Source: Desulfobacterales bacterium (GTDB lineage Bacteria > Desulfobacterota > Desulfobacteria > Desulfobacterales > UBA2174). Taken from it: a DNA stretch of 64,000 bases. Of this stretch, positions 27,510-35,795 are shown piece by piece (within the stretch, counting starts at the first letter, position 1; each line of letters starts with the position of its first letter). The stretch is from assembly GCA_963668645.2 (NCBI GenBank), contig CAXXWC010000002.1, forward strand, positions 1 to 64,000, written 5' to 3'. Under the pieces are notes generated by a model. It was not told the origin of the DNA. It saw only the letters and a program-made list of their open reading frames with translations, and did no database searches. Position numbers and translations under genes: made by a program.

Positions 27510-30473
27510 ATGAAAAGCATCCAGCAATACCAAGTCTTTATCGCTTCGCCAGGTGACGTGCAGCCGGAACGGGAAATCGTTCGGGAAGTTTGTGCGCAGC
27601 TTAACTGCGATCCGCTATGCGCCGGGAGTGGAGCATCGTTTTCCGCCACCGGCTGGGAGGACAGCCTGCCGGCGGGGGGCGAGCCGCAACTTCTCATCAA
27701 CCATCTGGCGAAGGCCTGCGATATTTTTGTCTGCATTTTCCACAAGCGCTTCGGCACGCCCACCGGCCGGGCCGCTTCGGGCACTGCAGAGGAATTCTGG
27801 CTGGCCTACGATTTGTGGAAAAACACCCAAAAACCGCACATCCTCTTTTACTTCAAGGAAATTCACATCGCTTCGGCAGCGGAATTCCAGGACCCCCAAA
27901 TCCAGCAAGTATTCGAACTAAAGGAAAAAATCGAGCGGGATCGTCTGCTGTTGTTCAGCCCCTTTTCCGACACCGATCAATTCAGGGATCTGCTGACACT
28001 GCATTTGAAGCAGTGGTTGGCGCAAACACCGGCGGCCTCGCCGATAACGGATTCCGGCTGGATGGAATGCGTGCCGGCCGAAATTCCTGAAAATTACTGC
28101 CGCTGGATCGCCGGCAACTGCGCCACCGTGGAAGCCGAAAAACTCTACGGCAAGGGGGAAGCCTTTCCACTGCGACTGCCCGAGATTTTCATCCCGTTGT
28201 ATGCCGACGATCCCGGGGAGAAAAAGCGCATCCGGCCGGGCCGCGTCAAAGCGGACGGCGAAAACTTCGGCATGGCGGAAAAACAGCCGCCGGTGGATCT
28301 TGAAACCCTCATCGGACGGTACGAAAGCCTGCTCATCGAAGGGCAGGCCGGATCCGGCAAGACAACCCTGATGAAACATCTGGCTTGCGGCCTGTCTGGA
28401 CAGGAAGCCGAGGTCAGGCCGCCGCCAGAGCTGGAGGGTTACCTGCCGGTGCTGATACTGCTGAGGGACATCGAAAGGTTTTTCCGCGATGCCGAGGCCG
28501 GCGGCAAACGTTCACCCACGGGCAAAGAGGCCCTTGAGTGGTACTTTGCCCTTCAAATGGAAAACCTGCTTCCCCTCGATGTGTTGGACCGGTTCCTGGA
28601 TGCCGGCCAGGTGATCTTTCTCGTGGACGGCCTGGACGAAATCCGGCTCACCCACCGGGACGCCATGGTCCAAACGATCTCCAACATGGGGTTGAGACAC
28701 CGGGGCAACCGGATTGTCCTGGCCGGCAGGCCCCACGGACTGGAAGGTGCGGTGCTGCGAAAATTCGGCGACCGCCGCGCCCGGATTCATCTCCTGGCCA
28801 TGGAACAGGTGCACCTGTTCATCCGCAAATGGTTCGATTACCTCTATCCGGGGGCCTATGCTACCGGCCGCAAGGACGCCGAAGCCATGATCGCCGACGT
28901 CAAGTCCCACCCGGCCACCGAAACCCTTGTGCACAATCCCCTGATGCTCACCGCCGTGTGCATCCTCTATCACGACAACAAGGAGTTGCCCGACCAGAGG
29001 GCCGAACTGTACAAGAAGTTCATCGACAACATGCTCTACCGGCGGTTTGCCAACGACCCGGAACCGGTGCACGACTTCCTGGCGACACTGGCCTTTGACA
29101 TGCACACCCGCCGTGCACGAGCCGTGGATCGTTCCTTTATTCTGAGCGTGATGCGCGCGGTTTATGCACAAAAGCAAGGGGAGAGCGAAAAACAGTACAA
29201 CAAACGCCTGGCGCAAACCTTCGAAGACTTGGAGCCCCGTTGCGGCCTGCTGCGGCCGGAAAAAGGGCAGTATGCCTTCTGGCACCTGACCTTCCAGGAG
29301 TTTCTGACCGCTGATTACCTGGTGGACAACACCCCTGCAACGGAGCTGGTGGCCGTAGTGGAACCTTACTGGACCGACGAGTGGTTCCGCGAGGTGGTGG
29401 AACTGTACGTCGGATACCTGTGTTTAAACAACAAGCAGATCGCCAATGACGTGGTCACCGCCGGCGCCGCTGCCGGAGACGGTGCGCCGTTTGCCCGCTG
29501 GCGCCTGGCCGGCCGGGCTCTCATCGATATTCCTGAAAATCGGAGGTTGAAACCAACCGAAAAGGTGGTTGTCCAACGTATGCTGGAGATCATTGAGGCC
29601 GCGGCGGAACCCCTGGCCCTGGCCGATGCCGGTGAGATATTGGGACGGCTTGGCGATTCGCGGAATCTGAAGGCCTTCATCGATGTCCCAGGCGGCAGCT
29701 ACACTTTCAAGGAACGGGGAAAGCTCGATGTTGATCCTTTTGCCATCGGCAAGTACCCGGTCACCAATGCCTGGTTTGCCGAGTTCATCGCGGCGGGAGG
29801 ATATGCTGCGGAACGGTTTTGGACTCCGGAAGGCCGCAAATGGCTGAAATATACCGGCGCCACGCATCCGCAATTCTGGAACGACCGCAAGTGGATCGGT
29901 CCCAACGCGCCGGTGGTGGGCGTGTGCTGGTACGAGGCGGCCGCCTTCTGCCGCTGGCTCACTAATACGTGCAAAAACGGCATCTACGTTCTGCCGGATG
30001 ACAACCAGTGGGAGGCGGCCGCCGCCGGCAAGAGGGGCCGCGAGTATCCCTGGAAAGCCGGATGGAAGGACGGCATCTGCAATACCAAAGAAAGCAAGAT
30101 CGCAAAAACCTCGGCCGTGGGCGTATTTCCGGCCTCCGATACCCCTGAAGGCGTCTCGGATCTGGCCGGAAACGTGTGGGAGTGGACCCGAACGGATTAT
30201 TCATCGAAGAAAGTAAGAAATGATTTTGAGTTCGATCCTGAAGTCCAAAAGCTTTTCGACCTTTGGTACGCGACCCAGGATAAAAATGAAGAGGATGAAA
30301 TCGCTAATAAGATCCGGTCCCGATGGAAGGAACGGAAGAGTCAAATGCCTGCGCTGCGGGGCGGCTCGTGGTTCTACCCGCATGGCTTCGCCCGCTGTGC
30401 GGCGCGCTTCTGGAACGGCCCGGACTTCCGTATCTTCTTCGTGGGTTTTCGTTGCGCCAGGACTCAATTATAA
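27510..30473 (+). CDS. DGR target 2: DUF4062-like N-terminus + NACHT (STAND) NTPase + FGE-sulfatase/CLec domain
   Basis: VFIASPGDV..ER...CDIFV...RFGTP..SGTAEEF; EGQAGSGKTT, FLVDGLDEI, NPLMLT, FWHLTFQEFL; DLAGNVWEW...RGGSW...GFRCAR. Confidence 0.9.
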   Translation: MKSIQQYQVFIASPGDVQPEREIVREVCAQLNCDPLCAGSGASFSATGWEDSLPAGGEPQLLINHLAKACDIFVCIFHKRFGTPTGRAASGTAEEFWLAYDLWKNTQKPHILFYFKEIHIASAAEFQDPQIQQVFELKEKIERDRLLLFSPFSDTDQFRDLLTLHLKQWLAQTPAASPITDSGWMECVPAEIPENYCRWIAGNCATVEAEKLYGKGEAFPLRLPEIFIPLYADDPGEKKRIRPGRVKADGENFGMAEKQPPVDLETLIGRYESLLIEGQAGSGKTTLMKHLACGLSGQEAEVRPPPELEGYLPVLILLRDIERFFRDAEAGGKRSPTGKEALEWYFALQMENLLPLDVLDRFLDAGQVIFLVDGLDEIRLTHRDAMVQTISNMGLRHRGNRIVLAGRPHGLEGAVLRKFGDRRARIHLLAMEQVHLFIRKWFDYLYPGAYATGRKDAEAMIADVKSHPATETLVHNPLMLTAVCILYHDNKELPDQRAELYKKFIDNMLYRRFANDPEPVHDFLATLAFDMHTRRARAVDRSFILSVMRAVYAQKQGESEKQYNKRLAQTFEDLEPRCGLLRPEKGQYAFWHLTFQEFLTADYLVDNTPATELVAVVEPYWTDEWFREVVELYVGYLCLNNKQIANDVVTAGAAAGDGAPFARWRLAGRALIDIPENRRLKPTEKVVVQRMLEIIEAAAEPLALADAGEILGRLGDSRNLKAFIDVPGGSYTFKERGKLDVDPFAIGKYPVTNAWFAEFIAAGGYAAERFWTPEGRKWLKYTGATHPQFWNDRKWIGPNAPVVGVCWYEAAAFCRWLTNTCKNGIYVLPDDNQWEAAAAGKRGREYPWKAGWKDGICNTKESKIAKTSAVGVFPASDTPEGVSDLAGNVWEWTRTDYSSKKVRNDFEFDPEVQKLFDLWYATQDKNEEDEIANKIRSRWKERKSQMPALRGGSWFYPHGFARCAARFWNGPDFRIFFVGFRCARTQL
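30354..30473 (+). repeat. DGR variable repeat VR2
   Basis: Aligns without gaps to VR1 and VR3; six variable codons are TTC. Confidence 0.88.
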
Positions 30474-30510
30474 CCCTTTGTCCTTTTTACCTTTTACCCT
30501 TTGGCAGGCT

Positions 30511-30837
30511 ATGAAACAAAACTCAGGTGAAGTCGATGCGGTGACAAAACTTTACGATCTTCTGCTTTGGGCCGTACCGAAGCTCGAAAAGTTACCGCGC
30601 GGCCAGAAGTTCCTTATCGGCGACCGGATCGAAAACCTGCTGCTCGATATCCTGGAGCTGCTTATAGACGCCGCGTATTCCCGCAGCAAGGGGGCACTCC
30701 TGCGCCAGGCCAACCTAAAGCTCGAAAAGCTGCGCTACCTGGTGCGGCTGGCCAAGGACCTCAAACTGATCAACATGCAAGCCTACGAGCAGGCGGCCCG
30801 GCGCATTGACGAGGTGGAAGGAGGACTTCAATCATGA
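30511..30837 (+). CDS. avd: DGR accessory variability determinant (Avd, four-helix bundle), apparently C-terminally truncated
   Basis: YDLLLW...KLPRGQKFLIGDRIE...LEKLRYLVRLAKDLKLI...YE...IDEV matches the Avd family as I recall it; the usual terminal G-x-x-x-GGW segment is absent; stop overlaps the next ATG (ATGA). Confidence 0.82.
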   Translation: MKQNSGEVDAVTKLYDLLLWAVPKLEKLPRGQKFLIGDRIENLLLDILELLIDAAYSRSKGALLRQANLKLEKLRYLVRLAKDLKLINMQAYEQAARRIDEVEGGLQS

Positions 30838-33800
30838 CGGCAGAACGAACGATTTTGCTTCATCTATCCGACCTCCACATCCGTGACGACCAAGAGGAGT
30901 GTTTTGACCGGAGTATCGTTCTCGATCCGTTGCGATCGCGCCTTGCAAAGGATCGAGAGGCAGGAATTGTTCCGGAACTCGTGGTCGTCACCGGCGATAT
31001 CGCCTTTAGCGGGAAGGAGAACGAATACGCCCTGGCCGGAAAGTTCCTCGACGATGTCCTGAAGACCCTCGATTTGCCCAAGGAACGACTGTTCATCGTT
31101 CCGGGCAATCACGACGTCAACCGCAAGAAGTACCCGCCGAGCGAAACCATCCGGTTCGAAAATGTCCGCCAACTCAATGCCGAACTGGCCAATGACGATT
31201 ACCGGGCTAATCATCTTAGGGGAATGGTGGACTATTTCGCCTTCGCACGCCGCTACGTTCCCCATCTTTGCCCCATCGAGGAGAACCTGGTTCCCTTTGT
31301 CGCCCGTCTTCCGTTGGATTGCGGCCGCAACCTTGAGATCATTGGTCTCAACTCGGCCTGGATGTGCCGCAAGTCGCCCGACGAGAGGGAAATCGCTATT
31401 GGCGAATACCAGATCAAACAGGCCCTGACAGCCTGCAAGGAGTTCGTTTCGCCGGACTTCAGGCTCTTTGCCTGCCACCATCCGTTGCAGTGGCTGCGAC
31501 CGGACGACCGGCAACGGGTTCGGGAGCATCTCAACGGTGCCATGATCCTTTGCGGCCACCTGCATGATGCTGTCGGCGGACTGTACCATGAGCACCAGGG
31601 GCGGTTGTACCAATTCCAGGCCGGAGCCGCTTACATCGGCAGCCAATCGGATAGACCCAACCGGTATCAGTATGTGACCTTCGACTGGTCCGCAGGAAAG
31701 ATCGAATTGACCTTTCGTTCGTTTTCAAAGACCCGGGCTATCTGGGTGCCGGACAGTGAAACCGGCGAGGACGGGCGTGCAGTGTACGATCTCGTGCGGC
31801 CCGGGGATACCTCATGTTCTGTGCCTGCCGAAAGCATCGATATCCCGGAATCCTACCGTGAATGGCTGCGGGACTTCTGTTCCTATATGGACGTGGGCCG
31901 TCTCGAGGTCGAAGGGAAACCCATCCGCATCGACCTGCCGGAAGTCTTCATTCCGCTTTATGCCCAGGACCTGGAGGTGGGAAAAAAGAAAGACCCGAAA
32001 AAGGAGCTTGAGCGGGAACGGCGCGTCGACGTGCAAACCCTCGTTGCCCGCAACGACTATCTCCTGGTGGAGGGCGACCCCGGCGGCGGCAAGACCACGA
32101 TGCTCAAGCATCTGGCTTATCACGTGGGCGTGGAAGGGTGCGTGCGTGAGGATCTGGCAACGCTTCAGGGATACGTGCCGATCCTGATCTTCCTCAAGGA
32201 CATCAAGGAATTGGAAACCCACACACTTTCTGAGACCGGTGGGCGGTTGTCCATGGACGAAATCATCCAGTGCTGGAGCCAAGCCACGGGAGATGTGCTG
32301 CCGCAGGATCTGATCGCAGATATCTGCAAGAAGGGCAGGGCACTGTTTCTGTTCGACGGGCTCGACGAAATCCCCCCGGAGCTGCGCCAGGCAGTCGTCA
32401 CGGCCGTGGCCACGTTTCGCAGCAAGCACAGCCGCAACAAAATCGTCTTTTCCGGAAGGCCCCACGGCGTGGCAGGGCCGGCAACGGACCATTTCGGCAA
32501 GAAGCGCGTAGAGATCATGCCTCTCGGCCGGTCCCAGGTGGAAGCCTTCATTCGTAAATGGTTCGCCTGCATGTACCTGAAGAGCGAACCGTTGGGCAAC
32601 AAATCCGCCGCAGGGATGATCAGCGAGATTCGGGAGCATCCGGCCACGGATGAACTCGTGGAGAACCCGTTGATGCTCACGGCCATATGCATGCTCTACT
32701 TCGGGGGCCGCGAACTGCCGGGGCAGAGGGCCGAACTTTACGACAAGTTCATCGACAACCTGCTTCACCGGCGCTTCCGGGAACCCGAGTCGATCAAGGG
32801 ATTCTTGCAGGTCCTGGCCTTTGAGATGCACCAAAAGGGTGCGCGCGGCGCGGACGAGGTTTTCGTCAAGAGGGTCATGCGGACCGTTTTTCGAAAAGGA
32901 AAGGGCGAATCCGAAAAGGATCACGAAGCCAGACTCGCCGCCCTGTTTTCCGAAATCGAACCACAGTGCGGCCTGATGCGGCTGGGGGAAGGGCAGTTCG
33001 AGTTCCGTCATCTTTCCTTCCAGGAGTTTCTGACGGCCCTGCACATCGCCGATACCAGCACTGATCTGAAAAAGGCGGTGGACGGCTACTGGGAAAAGGA
33101 GTGGTACCGGGAAGTGGTGGAGCTCTACGTCGGCTTTTTGAGTATCAAGAACCGTGCCCTGGCCAACCGGATCGTGGCTGACGCGCTGGAGTCGCCGGAC
33201 GAGAAGCCTTTCACCCGCTGGCGCCTGGCCGGTAGAGCCCTGATGGATGTCCACCAGAAGCGCCGCGATCTGGATGTGGTCGATGCGGTCACGGAGAAGA
33301 TGCGCATCGTGATCCGATCAGAGGCAGCGACGAAGGACAGGGCCGAGGCCGGGGAGATTCTCGGGCGCCTTGGCGATCGCCGCGACCTTGAAGCATTTGT
33401 CTCCATTTCAGGCGGCAGGTACAAGATCAAGAAAAAGAGTGTTGCTTTAGAGCCTTTCGAGATCTCCAAATATCCCGTCACCAACCAATGGTACCGTAAA
33501 TTCGTCAAGGCTGAAGGATACGAAAACGCGAAATTCTGGAGCGAACAAGGCAAGCTCTGGCTTGAACGCACCACAGCCACGGCGCCCGACGAATGGCGCA
33601 CGTATCGCTGGAACTGCCCCAACGCGCCGGTGGTGGGCGTGTGCTGGTGGGAGGCGGATGCCTTCTGCCGGTGGCTGACCGTGAGCCGGAACGACGGCTC
33701 GATCTACCGGCTCCCCACGGATGCGCAGTGGTATGCCGCTGCTGCGGGTAAGCAGGGGCGGGAATATCCGTGGGGCTCAAAGTGGATAGACGGGGCCTGC

Positions 33801-34160
33801 AATTCAGAGGAAACCAAGATCGAAAAAACCACCAGTGTCGGGATTTTTCCAAGGGGAGACACCCCTGGAAACGTGTCGGACATGGCCGGCAATGTGTGGG
33901 AATGGACCTGCACGGATTACCACCGCGACAAAGATCTGGCGGATTTTCAATTCGATCTGAAGGCTCTGCGATTTTGGGAAAACAGAGAAGTCGAAAAATG
34001 GGCTAAATATACAAAAGACAAAGACAACCAGATTCCATCGCTGCGGGGCGGCTCGTGGATCTTCCCGCGTGATTTCGCCCGTTGTGCGGCCCGCAACAGG
34101 AACTACCCGGACAACCGCTACGACAACGTGGGTTTTCGTTGCGCCAGGACTCCCAAATAG
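30834..34160 (+). CDS. DGR target 3: calcineurin-like metallophosphoesterase + NACHT NTPase + FGE-sulfatase/CLec domain
   Basis: HLSDLH, TGDIA, PGNHD, HHP, GHLH; EGDPGGGKTT, FDGLDEI, NPLMLT, FRHLSFQEFL; DMAGNVWEW...RGGSW...GFRCAR. Confidence 0.9.
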   Translation: MTAERTILLHLSDLHIRDDQEECFDRSIVLDPLRSRLAKDREAGIVPELVVVTGDIAFSGKENEYALAGKFLDDVLKTLDLPKERLFIVPGNHDVNRKKYPPSETIRFENVRQLNAELANDDYRANHLRGMVDYFAFARRYVPHLCPIEENLVPFVARLPLDCGRNLEIIGLNSAWMCRKSPDEREIAIGEYQIKQALTACKEFVSPDFRLFACHHPLQWLRPDDRQRVREHLNGAMILCGHLHDAVGGLYHEHQGRLYQFQAGAAYIGSQSDRPNRYQYVTFDWSAGKIELTFRSFSKTRAIWVPDSETGEDGRAVYDLVRPGDTSCSVPAESIDIPESYREWLRDFCSYMDVGRLEVEGKPIRIDLPEVFIPLYAQDLEVGKKKDPKKELERERRVDVQTLVARNDYLLVEGDPGGGKTTMLKHLAYHVGVEGCVREDLATLQGYVPILIFLKDIKELETHTLSETGGRLSMDEIIQCWSQATGDVLPQDLIADICKKGRALFLFDGLDEIPPELRQAVVTAVATFRSKHSRNKIVFSGRPHGVAGPATDHFGKKRVEIMPLGRSQVEAFIRKWFACMYLKSEPLGNKSAAGMISEIREHPATDELVENPLMLTAICMLYFGGRELPGQRAELYDKFIDNLLHRRFREPESIKGFLQVLAFEMHQKGARGADEVFVKRVMRTVFRKGKGESEKDHEARLAALFSEIEPQCGLMRLGEGQFEFRHLSFQEFLTALHIADTSTDLKKAVDGYWEKEWYREVVELYVGFLSIKNRALANRIVADALESPDEKPFTRWRLAGRALMDVHQKRRDLDVVDAVTEKMRIVIRSEAATKDRAEAGEILGRLGDRRDLEAFVSISGGRYKIKKKSVALEPFEISKYPVTNQWYRKFVKAEGYENAKFWSEQGKLWLERTTATAPDEWRTYRWNCPNAPVVGVCWWEADAFCRWLTVSRNDGSIYRLPTDAQWYAAAAGKQGREYPWGSKWIDGACNSEETKIEKTTSVGIFPRGDTPGNVSDMAGNVWEWTCTDYHRDKDLADFQFDLKALRFWENREVEKWAKYTKDKDNQIPSLRGGSWIFPRDFARCAARNRNYPDNRYDNVGFRCARTPK
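34041..34160 (+). repeat. DGR variable repeat VR3
   Basis: Aligns without gaps to VR1 and VR2; retains four AAC codons. Confidence 0.88.
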
Positions 34161-34229
34161 CCCTTTATCCTTTTTACCCTTTTACCCTTTGCGGCAATTT
34201 TCGCAGGCGCGATCCATCCAGACCGCACC

Positions 34230-35090
34230 TCACCCCGCCGCCTCGATGCGCACCACGGCCCGGATCGGGCGGTGTCCCGAATGGCCCTGGCCGTAGCGGC
34301 GACAGTAGTCCTGATCGTCGATGAAGAGCAGGTCGGATTTCACGTTCCAGTGTTTGGCCGGGCCGGTGACGAAGATAAAGGACTGGATCCGGTCCAGGGC
34401 CGGATCGCATTGGCTGCCCGTGGCCGGGCAGTCTCCGCGCTCCAGGCAACCGGGGACCACCCATTTGAAGATCGCGTCCTGTTGCATGAGGTTGAAGGTC
34501 GAGTTGCCTTTACGGCGGCCGAGGCGCCAGTCGAAATTGTAGACGCCCACCGCCACCACCGGCAGGACCTGGCTGCGGGCCCAGGCGCTGAATTGGCGCA
34601 CCTGCCGCTCGCGGATGCGGATCCGGTTGCGCTGCAAATGATTGACCGCGAAAAGAAATTTCTGGCCGCTGGAGCGCAGCACGAAGCGCGCCACCAGGGG
34701 TTTGCGGGACCCCTCGACGTGTTGCAGTTCCTTGGTGCCGACCAATTCCAGGACATCCGGGTTGAATACGATGGCCAGATTGTCGTCCGGAACGCCCTTG
34801 TAATCCCCTGATTTACCCAGGATGGTGCGATACTGGGATCCGATGGCGGCCGCCAGAACGGCCAGGGCCTGGGGGCCGTCCACTTCCTGGAGTCCCCACA
34901 GATCGCTCGGTTCGATTCGGGCGATGTCCTGGGCCACCTTGTCCGGGTCGGTGTGGTCCCCCGAATTGACGTTGAAGCTCACCACCGAAAATTCGACGGC
35001 CGCCGCCGGCAAGGCAGCGGCCAAAACCGCAAGCAATCCAATCCACCCAAGCACATTGGCCCGCAACCGGGGCAGCGAACCGTTTTTCAT
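34230..35090 (-). CDS. Secreted endonuclease/exonuclease/phosphatase (EEP) family protein, possibly catalytically degenerate
   Basis: Signal peptide (…LPAAA-VE), SFNV, DLWGLQEV, VNHL; GVYN, QSFIF and SGHRP in place of GDxN, DxIF and SDHxP. Confidence 0.8.
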   Translation of the reverse strand: MKNGSLPRLRANVLGWIGLLAVLAAALPAAAVEFSVVSFNVNSGDHTDPDKVAQDIARIEPSDLWGLQEVDGPQALAVLAAAIGSQYRTILGKSGDYKGVPDDNLAIVFNPDVLELVGTKELQHVEGSRKPLVARFVLRSSGQKFLFAVNHLQRNRIRIRERQVRQFSAWARSQVLPVVAVGVYNFDWRLGRRKGNSTFNLMQQDAIFKWVVPGCLERGDCPATGSQCDPALDRIQSFIFVTGPAKHWNVKSDLLFIDDQDYCRRYGQGHSGHRPIRAVVRIEAAG

Positions 35091-35465
35091 TCCCTCTATG
35101 CCTCCGAAAAAGCCGCAGCAGGATGATTTCAGCGCAACGTCAAAAACCTCACATTGGGCCTATTCTGCCAGATGACTTCGGCACGCCTTTTATCACGGGA
35201 TCGGGTGCAACGCCATCGATTAAACCGTTGCAGGCTCCTGCCGCTCTGAAAACCATTACAGCCGGTTTTTCGTGTGTTTTGGCACAAGTCAAGCCTGTCT
35301 TGCGCGGTCCTGCCAAAGCCCGGCGATCACTTCATCATCGGAAAAGCACCTTTCTTCCTTTCTGCAGTTCTTTCCAGCCTTTTTTCCCAACTGCAGATCC
35401 CTCGTGGTCACTTCTCGGTATGACACGGGAAGAGGAGCCTTCTCTGGATGGCACTCCTTCTTGGT

Positions 35466-35498
35466 GTCATCCCGGCGGGCTCTTCTTCCCGCTGTCAT
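35466..35498 (+). repeat. Copy of the 28-bp REP-like unit on the far side of the island
   Basis: GTCATCCCGGCGGGCTCTTCTTCCCGCTGTCAT closely matches GTCATCCCGGCGAGCTCTCTTTCCCGCTCTCAT at 24807-24839. Confidence 0.65.
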
Positions 35499-35795
35499 GA
35501 CCGAACTGGATGGCACCCAAAGACAGAACGGGTATGTCATCCCACTGGCCGCCATCGGCGGCTATCGCAACCAGTTATTTCATGGAGCCGGAGCAGGCGG
35601 CGGTGATGGCATCCGAGATCGGCATGCATCTTAAGCGGGTTGCGGGGTAATCGACGCCTCGTTCATGAGGCAATCCCTGGCAGGGTTTTGGAAGGATGCG
35701 GCGGTCGCCGGACTGGGGGACGGTAACCCCGATCTGCCAATCCGGCAGCCACCTGTTATCTTAGGCATCAATGCCAAAAACTGAACAAATCACTT

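Noticed and set aside
30220..30510. 205-aa ORF extending avd upstream
   Set aside because: The extension overlaps target 2 and VR2 in another frame; Avd similarity starts at the ATG at 30511
34041..34160. VR3 acting as the DGR template repeat because it retains the most AAC codons
   Set aside because: It is in-frame coding sequence and has T where VR1 has A (atc vs aac, ttc vs tac), which A-specific mutagenesis from VR3 cannot produce
24342..35795. Prophage or integrative element carrying the DGR
   Set aside because: No integrase, phage structural genes, tRNA or att-like perfect repeats seen
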